Source: the human T2T-CHM13v2.0 reference genome, Homo sapiens
DNA length: 64,000 nucleotides
NCBI RefSeq assembly: GCF_009914755.1
Contig: NC_060935.1
Reading direction: 5' to 3' (one strand)
Below, piece after piece: positions 1 to 13,835 of the stretch; the stretch's first letter is position 1, and each line of letters opens with the position of its first letter. Both the position numbers and the translations under genes were made by a program. The notes under the pieces were generated by a model. That model worked only from the letters and a program-made list of their open reading frames with translations. It had not been told where the DNA came from and did not search any database.

Positions 1-3000
1 AGGGTGGCCAGAGGAGCAAGGAGTAAAACTCCACAGGGAGAAGGAAATCTCTAGCTGAACTTCGTAAAAATTTGAACAGGGCAAGAAGCCTCCTGGCCAG
101 AACTCCAGGGAGGGTGAGAATCTGGCTTGCAGACTTCACAGGTAGGGGAAGAACTAAAGCCCTTTTCTGTCACAGCTGGGAGGCAGATAGCCTCAGGCAA
201 ATTTTCAAGTCCATCTCGCCCTCATCTGCAAACGGACTCAGGGCTGTTGGGGGTGGGCACAGTGGGAGTGGGATGGGCCCTTCAGTTTGCATGGGAGCGG
301 GGTGAGGCCTATGACTGCCCGCTTTCCTCCACTTCCCTGACAACCTGCATGACTCAGCAGAGTCAGCCATAATCCTCCTAGGCACACAACTCCAGTTACC
401 TGGGAATCTCACCTTCATCCCCTACAGCAGCTGCAGCAAGACCTGCCCAAGGACAGTCTGAGCTCAGACACGCCTACCCCTGCCCCCACCTGATGGTCCT
501 TCCCTATCAACCCTGATAGTGGAAGACAAAGGGCATTTAATCTTGGAAGTTCTAGGGTCCCACCCATCGCCAGTCGCTCTCCACATTACTACAGCTGATG
601 CTTCCTGGAAAGCACCGTGTCCTGGCAGGAGGCCAACCAGCACAAAAATAGAGCATTAAATCACCAAAGCTAAGAACCCTCATGGAGTCCACTGCACCTG
701 CTGCCACCTCCACCAGAACAGCCACTGGTATCCTCGGCTGAGAGACCCATAGATGATTCATATCACAGAACTCTGTGCAGACAACCCCTAGTACCAGCCT
801 GGAGCCGGGAAGACTCACTGCTTCACTAGACCCAGAAGAGAGACAACAATAACTGCAGTTCAACTCACAGGAAGCTACATCTATAGGAAAAGGGGGAGAG
901 TCTACATCAAAGAATCTGAACAACAGCCTTCAGCCCTAGACCTTCCCTCTGACAGAGCCTATGCAAATGAGAAGGAACCAGAAAACCAACTCTGATAATA
1001 TGACAAAACAAGGCTCTTCAACACCCCCAAAAAACCACACTAGTTCACCAGCAATGGATCCAAAACAGGAAGAAATCCCTGATTTACATGAAAAAGAATT
1101 CAGAGGCTAGTTGTTAAGCTAATCAGGGAGGGACCAGAGAAAGGCAAAGCCCAATCCAAGGAAATCCAAAAAATGATACACGAAGTGAAGGGAGAAATAT
1201 TCATGGAAATAGATAGCTTAAAAAAAATCAAATTCAGGAAAATTTGGACACAGTTTTAGAAATGTGAAATGCTCTGGAAAGTCTCAGCAATAGAACTGAA
1301 CAAGTAGAAGAAAGAAATTCAGAGCTCAAAGACAAGGTCTTCAAATTAACAATCCAACAAAGACAAAGAAAAAACAATAAGAAAATATGAACAAAGCCTC
1401 CAAGAAGTCTGGGATTATGTTAAACAACCAAATCTAAGAATAATTGGTGTACCTGAGGAAGAAGAGAATTACAAAATCCTGGAAAACATATTTGGGGGAA
1501 TAATCAAGGAAAACTTCCCCAGCCTTGTGAGAGACCTAGACAGCTAAATACAAGAAGCACAAAGAACACCTGGGAAATTCACAGCAAAAAGATCTTCGCC
1601 CAGGCACATTGTCATCAGGTTATCCAAAGTTAAGATGAAGGAAAGAATCTTAAGAGCTGTGAGGCAGAAGCACCAGGTAACCTATAAAGGAAAACCTATC
1701 AAATTAACAGGAGATTTCTCAGCAGAAACCCTACAAACTAGAAGGGATTGGGGACCTATCTTCAGCCTCCTCAAACAAAACAGTTATTAGCCAAGAATTC
1801 TGTATCCAGCAAAACTAAGCATCATATATGGAGAAAAGATATAGTCGTTTTCAGACAAACAAATGGTGAGAGAATTCGCCATTACCAACCACCACTAAAA
1901 GAACTGCTAAAAGGAGCTCTAAATCTTGAAACAAATCCTAGAAACACATAAAAACAGAACATCTTTAAAGCATAAATCACACAGGACCTATGAAGCAAAA
2001 ATACAAGTTAAAAAGCAAAAACAAAAAACAAACAAAAAAACAAATTACACAGGCAACAATGAGCAAGATGAAAGCAATGGTACATCACATTTCAATACTA
2101 ACATTGAATGTAAATGGCTGAAATGCTCCACTTAAAACATACAGAACCACAAAATGGATAAGAACTCACCACCCTACTATCTGCTGCCTTCAAGAGACTC
2201 ATCAACCACATAAGAACTCACATAAACATAAAGTAAAGGGGTGGAAAAAGGCATTTCATACAAATGAACACCAAAAGTGAGAAGGGGTAGCTATTCTTGT
2301 ATCAGACAAAATAAACTTTAAAGCAACAGCGGTTAAAAGAGACAAAGAGAGACATTATATAATGGTAAAAGGCCTTCTCCAACAGGAAAATATCACAATC
2401 CTCAACATATATGCACCTAACACTGGAGCTCCCAAATTTATAGAACAATTAGTAAGAGTCCTAAGAAATGAGATAGACCACAACACAATAATAGTGGGGG
2501 GCTTCAATACTCCACTGACAGCTCTAGACAGGTTTTCAAGACAGAAAGTCAACAAAGAAACATTGGATTTAAACTATATCTTGGAACAAATAGACTTAAC
2601 AGATATATACAGAACATTTCATCCAACAACCGTGGAATACACATTCCATTCAACAGTGCATGGAACTTTCACCAGGATAGACCATATGATAGGCCATAAA
2701 ACGAGCCTCAATAAATTTAAGAAAACTGAAATTACATCAAACACTCTCGAAGACCACAGTGGAATAAAAATGGAAATCAACTCCATGCAAATACATGGAA
2801 ATTAAATAACCTGCTCCTGAATGAGCATTGGGTCAAAAATGAAATCAAGATGGAAATTTAAACATTCTTTGAGCTGAGTAACAATAGTGACACAACCTAT
2901 TAAAACCTCTGGGATACAGCAAAGGCAGTGCTAAGAGGAAAGTTCATAGCCCTAAACACTGATATCAAAGAGTCTGAAAGAGCACAAGAAAACAATCTAA

Positions 3001-6000
3001 GGTCACACCTCAAGGAACTAGAGAAACAAGAACAAACCAAACCCAAACCCCACAGAAGAAAGGAAATAACCAAGATCAGAGCAGAACTAAATGAAATGGA
3101 AACAAAAAAAATTACGAAAGATAAATGAAACAAAAAGCTGGTTCTTTGAGAAGATAAATAAAATTGATAGACCATTAGTAAGATTAACGAAGAAAAGAGA
3201 GAGAATATCCAAATAACCTCACTAAGAAACAAAACAAGAGACATTACAACTGATACCACTGAAATACAAGATTGTCCAAGGCTACTATGAACACCTTTAT
3301 GCACATAAACTGGAAAACCTACAAGAGACTTATAAATTCCTGGAAAAATACAACCCTCCTAGCTTAAATCAGCTAGAATTAGATACCCTGAATAGACTAA
3401 TAACAAGCAGTGAGATTGAAATGGTAATTTAAAAATTACCAACAAAAAAAGTCCAGCACCAGACGGATTCACAGCAGAATTCCACCAGACATTCAAAGAA
3501 AAATTGGTACCAATCTTTTGACACTATTCCACAAGATGGAGAGAGAAGGAACTCTCCTTAATTCATTCTATGAAGCCAGCATCACCCTAATACCAAAACC
3601 CAGAAAGGACATAACCAAAAAAGAAAACTACAGACCAATATCCTTGATGAACATAGATGCTAAAATCCTTAACAAAATACTACCTAAATGAATCCAACAA
3701 CATATCAAAAAGATAATCCACTATGATCAAGTGGGTTTCATACCAGGGATGGTTTAACATACACAAGTCAATAAATTTGATACACCACATAAACAGAATT
3801 AAAAACAAAAATCACATGATCATCTCAATAGATGGAGAAAAAGCATTCAACAAAATCCAGCATCCCTTTATGATTAAAACTCTCAGCAAAATTGGCATAT
3901 AAGGGACATACCTTAATGTAATAAAAGTCATCTATGACAAACCCACAGCCGACATAATACCGAATGGGGAAAAGTTGAAAACATTCCATCTGAGAACTGC
4001 AACAAGACAAGGATGCCCACTCTCACCACTCCTCTTCAACATAGTACTGGAAGTCCTAGCCAGAGCAATCAGACAAGAGAAATAAATAAAGGACATCCAA
4101 ATCATTAAAGAGGAAGTCAAACTGTCACTGTTTGCTGATGATATGATTGTTTTACCTTGAAAACCCTAAGGACTCCTCCAGAGATCTCCTAAGACTAATA
4201 AAAGAATTCGGCAAAGTTTCCAGATACAAGATTAATGTACACAAATCAGTAGCTCTTCTACACACCAACAGTGACCAAGCAGAGAATCAAATCAAGAATT
4301 CAACCCCTTTTACAATAGCTGAAAAAAGGAAAAAAGAAAAAAAAAAAAAACAACTTAAGAATTTACCTAACCAAGGAGGCAAAAGACCTCTACAAGGAAA
4401 ACTACAAAACACTGCTGAAATAAATCATAGATGACACAAACAAATGGAAACACATCCCATCCTCACAGATGGGTAGAACTGATATTGTGAAAATGACCAT
4501 ATTGCCAAAAGCAATCTACAAATTCAATGCAATTCCCATCAAAATACCACCATCATTCTTCACAGAATTAGAAAAGACAATTCTAAAATTCATATGGAAA
4601 CAAAAAAGAGCCCGTATAGCCAAAACAAGACTAAGCAAAAAGAACAAATCTGGAGGCATCACACTGACTGTAAACTATACTATAAGGCCATAGTCACCAA
4701 AACAGCACAATACTGGTGTAAAAATAGGCACATAGACCAATGGAACAGAATAGAGAACCCAGAAATAAACCCAAATACTTACAGCCAACTGATCTTAGAC
4801 AAAGCAAACAAAAACATGAAGTGGGGAAAGGACACCTTTTTCAGCAAATGGTGCTGGGATAAGTGGCTAGCCACATGTAGGAGAATGAAACTGGATCCTT
4901 ATCTCTCATCTTATACAAAAATCAACTCAAAATGGACTAAAGACTTAAATCTCAGATGTGAAATTATAAAAATTCTAGAAGATAACATTAGAAAAAAACC
5001 CTCTAGACATTGGCTTAGGTAAGGATTTCATGATGAAGAACCTAAAAGCAAATGCAATAAAAACAAAGATAAATAGTTGTGACTTAATTAAACTAAAGAG
5101 CTTTCGCACGGCAAAAGGAACAGTCAGCAGAGTAAACAGACAACCCACAGAGTGAGAGAAAATCTTTACAATCTATACATCTGACAAAAGATTAATATCC
5201 AGAATCTACAACGAACTCAAACACATCAGTAAGAAAAAAACAAACAATCCCACCAATAAGTGGGCTAAGGACCTAAACAACTCTCAAAAGAAGATATACA
5301 AATGGCCAACAAACATATGAAAAAACGCTCCACACCACTAATGATCATGGAAATGCAAATCAAAACCACAATGCAATACCACCTTACTCCTGCAAGAATG
5401 GCCATAATAAAAAAATCAAAAAACAGATGTTTGCATGGATGCGGTGAACAGGGAACACTTCTACACTGCTGGTGGGAATGTAAACTAGTACAATCACTAT
5501 GTTTCCATAGTGTTTCCACTGTTTTCACAGTGTGGAGATTCCTTAAGAACTAAAAGTAGAACTACCATTTGATCCAGCAATCGCACTACTGGGTATCTAC
5601 CCAGAGGAAAAGAAGTCATTATATGAAAAAGATTCTTGCACATGCGTGTTTATAGCAGCACAATTTGCAATTGCAGAATTGTGGAACCAACCCAAATGCC
5701 CATAAATTAACAAATGGATAAAGAAACTTTGGTTTATTTATATGATGGAATACTACTCAGTCATAAAAAAGGAATGAATTAACAGCATTTGCAGTGACCT
5801 GGGTGAGATTGGAGACTATTATTCTAAGTGAAGTAACTCAGGAATGGAAAAACCAAACATCATATGTTCTCACTGATATGTGGGAGCTAAGCTATGAGGA
5901 TGCAAAGGCATAAGGATACAATGGACTTTGGGTACTTGGGGGGAAGGATGGGAGTGGGGTGAGGGACAAAATACTACAAATATGGTGCAGTGTACACTGC

Positions 6001-6115
6001 TCGCGTGATGGGTGCACCAAAATCTCACAAATCACCACTAAAGAACTTACTCAAGTAACTAAATACCACCTGTACCCTAATAAATTATGGAAATATTTTA
6101 AAAGAATTTAAAAAT
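1..6115 (+). mobile_element. Near-full-length decayed LINE-1, L1PB-type (L1PBa-like 5'UTR, L1PB1-like 3' end), antisense to DCDC1
   Basis: 5'UTR-like 1-966. ORF1 remnant from ATG 967 to ~1950. ORF2 remnant ~2068-5890 with endonuclease motifs (ILNIYAPN, RIDHM), RT FADD at 4131-4142 and C-terminal HCWWECK. 3'UTR ends caccactaaagaacttactc...ccacctgtacc. Many stops and frameshifts. Confidence 0.93.
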
Positions 6116-6119
6116 ACGT

Positions 6120-7700
6120 ATAGAACTAAAACATGCCAGCATTTAGAGAGAAAGTGCATATATGGAGATTAAGAGTTCCAAGGTTCTTGAATTGTTTGTG
6201 AAATGGTAAAAACACTAATTTATATTAGGCTTTAGTAAGTCAAGGCAGCATGTATAATCTCCACAGCAGTCACTAAAAATAATAATAAAATAAAGTTAAC
6301 TATCAAGATAATTGGGAGAAAGGAAATTAAATAACATAAAATAATAAATTTTAGAGGAGACCAAAAAAGAGAGAAAACAGGACACAGAATAAATGGAACA
6401 TATAGATATCAAATAATAACATGTTAGATTTAAACTCCAAAATACCAGTAATTACATTATTGGAATAGATGGACTAAATATTTCAATTAAAAGACAGAGA
6501 TTGTAATACTGCACTAAAAAATACTTTTTCATACAAAACACTCCCTCAGCATTAAAGATAAAGTTTAAAAGTAAAAGGACACCAAAATTTATCATGCAAA
6601 CACTGACCAAAAAGCTGGGACCACTATATTTAATATGAGACAAAGTAAACTTTAAAAAGGGAGAGAGTATGTGAGAGTATTTTATAACAATGTAAGGCTT
6701 AATTGACCAGAAAGATAAAACAATTCCAAAATTGTATGTACCTAATAATCTCAAATTATAGAAAAGAAAAATTCATAAAACTCAAAGGAGAAATAGAAAA
6801 ATCCACAATTTAGTGGGGAATTTTTACCATACATGTTTCAGTAAATAACATAACAAGCAGACAAAGTATCAGTAAGTATATACAAGATCTGAAAACACAT
6901 GTATCAAACTTAATCTAATTGAAATATACAGAACACTGCACCCCCAAACTTCAGAATATGTATTTTCTCAAGTTCACATGTACCATTTATTAAAAATGTG
7001 TATATGGTAGATGGGCCATAAAGAAATCTCAACAAATTTCAGGCTGGGCACGGTGGTGCATACCTATAATTCCAGTACTTTGGGAGGCTGAGGCAGGTGG
7101 ATGACTTGAGGTCAGAAGTTGGAGACCAGCCTGGCCAACATGGTGAAAACCCATCTCTACTAAAAATACAAAAATTAGCCAGGCATGGTGGTGCGTGCCT
7201 GTAATCCAGATATTCATCAGGAGGCTGAGGCACAAGAATCTCTTGAACTCGGGAGGCAGAGGTTGCAGTGAACCGAGATGGCACCACTGTACTCTAGCCA
7301 GGGCAATACAGCAAGATTCTATCTCGAAAGAAAGAAAAGAAAGGAAGGAAGGAAGGAAGGGAGGGAGGGAGGGAGGGAGGGAAGGAAAGAAAGAAAGAAA
7401 GAGAGAGAGAAAGAGAAAAAGAAATCTCAACAAATATCAGAATTAAAATCAAATCAAAAATGTTTTCCAACCACTGTGAAATTAATCTAGAAGTCAATAA
7501 TACAAAGCTGAAATATTTCATATATTTGGAAATTAAGAAATATCCTAAATAGTCCATGGATTAAACAATATAATACAATGGAAATGATAATGAAAATATA
7601 AAATAGTAAAATGAGTGCAATGAAGCTAAAGCCATGCTTCGAAGTAAATTTGTATCCTTAAATGTACACATCATGAGAAGAAAAGCTGAGAAAAAAATCA
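6120..7700 (+). mobile_element. Old L1M fragment (inter-ORF region plus ORF2 endonuclease part), interrupted by an Alu
   Basis: Degenerate EN-domain sequence (acaattccaaaattgtatgtacctaataa; aatacagaacactgcacccc) resumes after the Alu at ~7440. Confidence 0.75.
7042..7418 (+). mobile_element. AluS (Sx/Sz-like) with tail expanded into a GAAA/GGAA/GGGA/GA purine microsatellite (~7327-7418)
   Basis: Dimeric Alu. 21-bp TSD aagaaatctcaacaaat(t/a)tca at 7021-7041 and 7419-7439. Confidence 0.95.
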
Positions 7701-7989
7701 ATGAAAATGGGCCATACAGAGGGTAAGGTTTTAGGTAGATAAAAGGGAATAGGAGTGTTTGAGACAAGCAAACTAGCATGGGCCAAGTACAATCAGCTTG
7801 GGTCTATCAAGTACATGGAGATCCTGAGACTTAAGCATAGTGGGTCTGACAGTTAATGCTTAATTTCACTAAGGGAATGAGTAAACTCTGAAGAATTATA
7901 AGTCTGTGAGTGTAATATTCAAAGTAGTACTTCAAAAGCATATCACCAGGGAGGAGTGTTCAGGATGAACTACCTTCTCCCTACAGCAA

Positions 7990-8900
7990 CACCCATCATG
8001 CTCTTTTACCGTAATGACTTGTTTAATTTCTCTCTTCCCTGTTAGATTCTGTGGGGACAGCTCTGTGTGGGGACAGCTCTGTGAGGCCAGAAAGTGTACC
8101 TGTCTTCCCCATACTGAATCCCCAGTGCCGAGGATACCATAAAATAGTGTTTAGAACATAGAACATGCTCAATAAATATTTACGCATTAAAAAAGGATAG
8201 AATATATAGATGATATTGACTCAGCCAGAAAGCCATTGGAATAGTTGGGCTCAGTTTTGGATTGACACACGAGTAGATCATAGGGCTATAGTTGGCTGGC
8301 AGACAGGATGGTCTTGAAATGTACATGTAAATGCTCAGACTATTTGCTCTCTCCATTTTCTTAATTCCATTAATCATACCCCTTCATTCATTTCTTTGTT
8401 CATTCATTCAGCGACTTTGTATTGAGTACCCACCATGTACCGGGTATGTTCCGGCCCTGGAGGTACAAATGTAAAGAAAACACTTCCTGCTGAAGTGAAG
8501 CTTACATTCTAATTGGGCAATTCAGACAGTAAATATATATGTATATGACAGGTAGCAATAAGTATCGTGAAGAAAAATAAAGCAGGGAAAGAGAATGATA
8601 GGGTATGAGCATGTATGCCTTGTATCTCAGAAAAGGCCATGAAGCCAGGGTGACTAGAGCAGAGGAAGGGAGGGAAATGGTGATCAGAGATATGATGGGA
8701 CTGGTAAAGTGGGACATTTAGCATAGACTTTGTTTTCACTCTAGAGAAAATAAGAAGCCATTGAAAGATATGGAACTGAGGATTCCCATGATCTGAATTA
8801 TGAATATAAAAGGATCATTCTGGCCCTTAACTGGAGAATAAATTGTAGGAGGACAAAGGTTGAAAGAGATAGACAAGGTAGGAAGCTAATCTATAGATCA
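7990..8900. mobile_element. L2 remnants (plus-strand 3' end ~7990-8180; minus-strand piece ~8385-8900)
   Basis: gctcaataaatatt L2 terminus; cattcattca...ttgagtacccaccatgt reverse terminus. A 16-bp tandem duplication gtggggacagctctgt x2 lies at 8051-8082. Confidence 0.65.
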
Positions 8901-11543
8901 TTTTGACAGCTTGCACTCTGGTCTCATCCAAGTCCATCTAAATGTAATTTATTATCTCTACCACCTGTCTCCTCTTTTTTCATCCATATTATCCAATCCA
9001 GAAATCATTACCTACTATTTTCACTATTATAATACTAGACACTCTAGTTTGGGGGCTGCAAGTTTGAAGAAGGTAAGAGTAGAGCATCGCATTCATGCCT
9101 TAAATAGTTCTATAGACAAAACTGAATACAACAGAAAAATAAATAGTACATCGTGAAAATGGAAACTATGTGGCATAGTTGAAGGTTTGGGTACCTCACA
9201 GCAGCAAACAAAAACAAAAAATAATCATAAAATGCTTACTTGAAAATCTTTGAGAATTTCTGAATTAATGCACATTTATAGACATAAGCCTAATCTTTTA
9301 GAATGCTTGATTTTTGACTTTGTTTCAAAGAAACAGATGCAATTACATTATTTGTTCACTTTATTTTAATTCACAGAGAACATACAGGAATTAATTTTTA
9401 AAATATACCGAAACCTAAACAGGCAACAGTATCAGCCAATATCAGGATATTTGACTTTTCTAATCAAAAAACAAAATTATACCTTCACAATCTTGAAATA
9501 TACAATAATTTCATGTTCTTAAATATAATGCCACGCTTCCAAATACAGCATAAAACAGCTAAAGGCAAATGCTTAAAGCTGAGTATCTTCAATAGCTAAG
9601 AAAAGTAATGTAATAAAGCCTGGGATTTTATTCCTAGAAAGTATAGTTGGATTTAATGACTATCAAAAGCAATTATTATATTAACATTTACCTTTATTGG
9701 TAATAGTTCTAGAAATAAGAAATGGAGCTGTAGCAATTTAAACAATTCACTTTTCTTAAAAAGACAGCCTGACTATTGTCAAAACTGACCTGTGAGTTCA
9801 CTAGCTCTACAAAAATTGTGTTAATATTTACTCAGCAGAAGGAGGAGAAAGTTCAAAGCAAATAAGAGTTACAAATTACCACCAACTATATGCAAAGCTA
9901 CATAAATGATTTAATATAGTACTCTTATGCTACTGTATACTCAAGAAAATCAGAATGTAATTCAATTTTTAATATGTGGGTTTTTACAATTTATAATTAT
10001 ATAGACATGATCATTATTTGTCTGCTTAAAGAGTTTCTCATTGCTATTGATTTGCCTTTCTTTGAAAAGCAGGAGACTATAACAGTTCCTTTAGCTGGTG
10101 CATCTCAAATCTGTTACTAAGAGAAAAGAACCTTGAATAAAGAAAAAAGCATGTCACTTCTTTCAAGCTTCATTTCTCCTATTTTATCAGGGGAAAAAAG
10201 GGCCTTATAAAAATTGACCAATGCAGTAGAGTTTGAATTTATATTCTCCTAAAATGGTAAACATAATAAATTGAGAACCAAACGCTCAATTTTATTTCAT
10301 GCCAATTGTAGCTGGACATAATTATAGCAGAAGGACTGACTTTACAGCAATTGTAAAAATGTAAATAAGGCTTTAAAACTCACTCAGGAATTATATTTTA
10401 TAAATGAAGCTTTCATTTTAATGTAAACAATTATCTTAGGGCATGATATGCATTATTCAAAATGTTCTGCCTTTGTTACCATTGAATTGGTAGTTATACT
10501 TCAGAAAAACCAAGGGACAGAAACACCTGTTTCTTATCAAATCATATCTCCTAGTGATTACAATAATTTTATGTGCAAGATAGACTTTAAAATTTAAATA
10601 CTGCAATATTCTGAAGTTTATATTTTTAGATAAAAGTTTATTTTAAAAGTATCAGTGGAAAATGTGAAACAAAATGTAACATGACAATTATCAATTTTAG
10701 TCCAAATATTCTTAATAGCAAAGTATCAAGTGTCTACATTTAAAATGCTCTTCATAACTTGTATTGATTTTTGTCCTAATGCAAACATTTAATTATTAAA
10801 ATTTGGGAAATAACTAAATATTTAAAAATGTGACAAAAACTTTCAATAATTTGTTATATTTTCTTCAAATCACCCGCCCATTTGGTTAGTTATTTGTCTA
10901 TATAAAATTAGGATAATACTAAATGTATTTTTATAAGTTTGCTGTTTTATTAGTTCCAAAGCTCATGAGATATTAAAGCACATTTTAATTGAAAAAAAGT
11001 CAAATGGCTTTTAAATCTATGTTTTCTTTTAAAAGAATGAAGTCCATGCCAAGTTGAGTCATGAAGAGAAATGTCAGTGCGATCCCTGGCAGCTGCTCGC
11101 TTCCCTGGGAAGGAAGGGCTGGTTAGGAGTACAGTAGCTAGCAAACCCTTCAGCACTCCACAAAGTCACTAGTGGGAAAAGAACAAAGGCCTTTCCAATG
11201 CAACTAACACAGATGTGCCCAAAGGCAAACTGTCAGAAACAGTTAAGATGACAGCTACTCACAGTTCATTATTTCCTTCTCACAGGTCACTGGGTGACAA
11301 GCTGGGTCAGCATGCTTTGTTGGCTGTCCCAGTCCTTCTCCACCCCCTACTCCATTTAAAAAAGGGTAAAGGACTCCTTTGGATAAACTAATGTAAACAA
11401 ACACATTCCAGACACTTAATGCCAGAATATGGCATTTACTTTACTTTGGACCAAACTTAGAATTCAATGTACACACAACTTATTTTATCGAAGCAAGGAG
11501 AGAAGCACACTTCTATGCCTACTTTTCAGTGATCATTTTAGAT

Positions 11544-11562
11544 TGTGTGTGTGTGTGTGTGT
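11544..11562. repeat. (TG)n microsatellite
   Basis: Direct reading of the sequence. Confidence 0.9.
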
Positions 11563-12866
11563 TTAAAGAGGTAAAGAAACTGAAATTACATCTACTGTAG
11601 TAAATTGTGGAGGCAGAGGGGGAAGAATGTAGATAAATCCCTGCCTTAAGAAAAAACAGAAGAAGAAGAAGGCACCTGGAGCCGATCACGTATGGAGCCT
11701 ATCACATAAACCCTGAGAAATGCTCACTAAGAAAATGCCTCTGGAAGATTTCTTATGAAATCAAATCCCAAAAAGATTTACTAGTCAATTCCTGTTGACT
11801 AAAAAAGCATAAATCTAAGTAAAACCCCTATTAAAAATTCTTTTCTATCTCTACTTGTTTTCAGAACATTTTCACAACTAACACTTGAATGCTTACTACT
11901 TTCCTGGAAACTTAAAGACATCTCAGTTAATTCTAACAACCTCAGATAGGTCTTCTGGTATGGCAGCTGACATTAACTGCGCTGTCTTTTTTGGCGTCAC
12001 TTTTTCTAATACTATATTCCTTTCTTCCAAAGTGCAGTCATCAGATTGCATTGCCTCAGGGAAGAAGCAACAACAGAATGCAAAAGCCAAATCCCTAAGC
12101 TACCCAGTGCCCTATACCCTTAGAGAAAATATTTTTAAGCATGGGAAGGGTGAAATAGGCAAAGCAGGTGAGTTATCATGAGGGCCAGGTACAGCATGGG
12201 GCAAATACACAAACCCCATATATGTTTCAGGAATCTGAGAGCAGAAGTAAACTGTGCCTCTTTCTTGAGTAAAGCCCAGGATAAGGATGAAAACCCAGGA
12301 TAATAAGGTCCCAAGATAATGACAAGCGCCAGCTTTCCCTCAAAAATGGCTGAGTAGAAATGGCTGCCAAATAAGCCTAGAGAGGCCAGAAACAGCCTCA
12401 TAGAGCGGTATTACGAGTTCTCAAGTGTCCCAGTGTTTCTTGAGTTTCTATTTTAGATGAAAACATCAGACAAGGACTTTCCCCAAGGGAATTACATTCT
12501 AGTGATGTGAGAATAGTGGAGAGGGGCTTGACTATCCGGCTGCTCAGCCTGTGGTCCTATTGTAGATGGAGCATCAGGGAGCTGAGAATCTTGTATGTGA
12601 TTAAAAAATAACTAGCAGGAAAAAGAATACCTGGAACTTAAGTTTCTGTACCGTTCTGACACCCCATATTATGATACAGCAAGGTACTAAATTTGTTACT
12701 TTGTGTTCTATCTTCAAAACAACAAGTACAAAAGACTTGAGGTTTAAATAATAAATTAAATAAATAATAAATTGGAGAATCACTTTTGCTATCTATCAGA
12801 AAAAACGTTCCCTTCCTGTAAAAATTCCAGGTGGAATATGTAATTTAGTAATATAAAATAGCTTTT

Positions 12867-13600
12867 TTTTCTTTTTTTTCTTTTTTAAAATTTTATTATT
12901 ATTATACTTTAAGTTTTAGGGTACATGTGCACAATGTGCAGGTTTGTTACATATGTATACATGTGCCATGTTGGTGTGCTGCACCCATTAACTCGTCATT
13001 TAGCATTAGGTATATCTCCTAATGTTATCCCTCCCCCCTCCCCCCACCCCACAACAGTCCCCAGAGTGTGATGTTCCCCTTCCTGTGTCCATGTGTTCTC
13101 ATTGTTCCAACCCCATCAAAAAGTGGGCAAAGGATATGAACAGACACTTCTCAAAAGAATACATTTATGCAGCCAAAAAACACATCAAAAAATGCTCATC
13201 ATCAGTGGCCATCAGAGAAATGCAAATCAAAACCACAATGAGATACCATCTCACACCAGTTAGAATGGCGATCATTAAAAAGTCAGGAAACAACAGGTGC
13301 TGGAGAGGATGTGGAGAAATAAGAACACTTTTACACTGCTGGTGGGACTGTAAACTAGTTCAACCATTGTGGAAGTCAGTGTGGCAATTCCTCAGGGATC
13401 TAGAACTAGAAATACCATTTGACCCAGCCATCCCATTATTGGGTACATACCCAAAGGATTATAAATCACGCTGCTATAAAGACACATGCACAGGTATGTT
13501 TATTGCAGCACTATTCACAATAGCAAAGACTTGGAATCAACCCAAATGTCCAACAACCATAGACTGGATTAAGAAAATGTGGCACATATACACCATGGAA
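12867..13600 (-). mobile_element. Young 5'-truncated L1PA (L1PA3-like) with 5' inversion
   Basis: Poly-T plus reverse 3'UTR at 12867-13107, then plus-strand ORF2 C-terminal segment at 13108-13600. TSD ataaaatagctttt at 12853-12866 and 13600-13613. Canonical TT/AAAA target. Confidence 0.93.
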
Positions 13601-13684
13601 TAAAATAGCTTTTAATTGAAATAAGTTTTTTGTCTCTTTTCATGCAAGTGACATTTCTATCTACAGTCCATGTATTTAAATTTA

Positions 13685-13835
<151 letters not shown>

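Noticed and set aside
967-5890. L1 ORF1/ORF2 as active genes
   Set aside because: Broken into many short ORFs by stops and frameshifts; an inactive old L1PB.
13022-13603. 193-aa ORF as a novel protein-coding gene
   Set aside because: Entirely L1-derived across an inversion junction, with no promoter or splice evidence.
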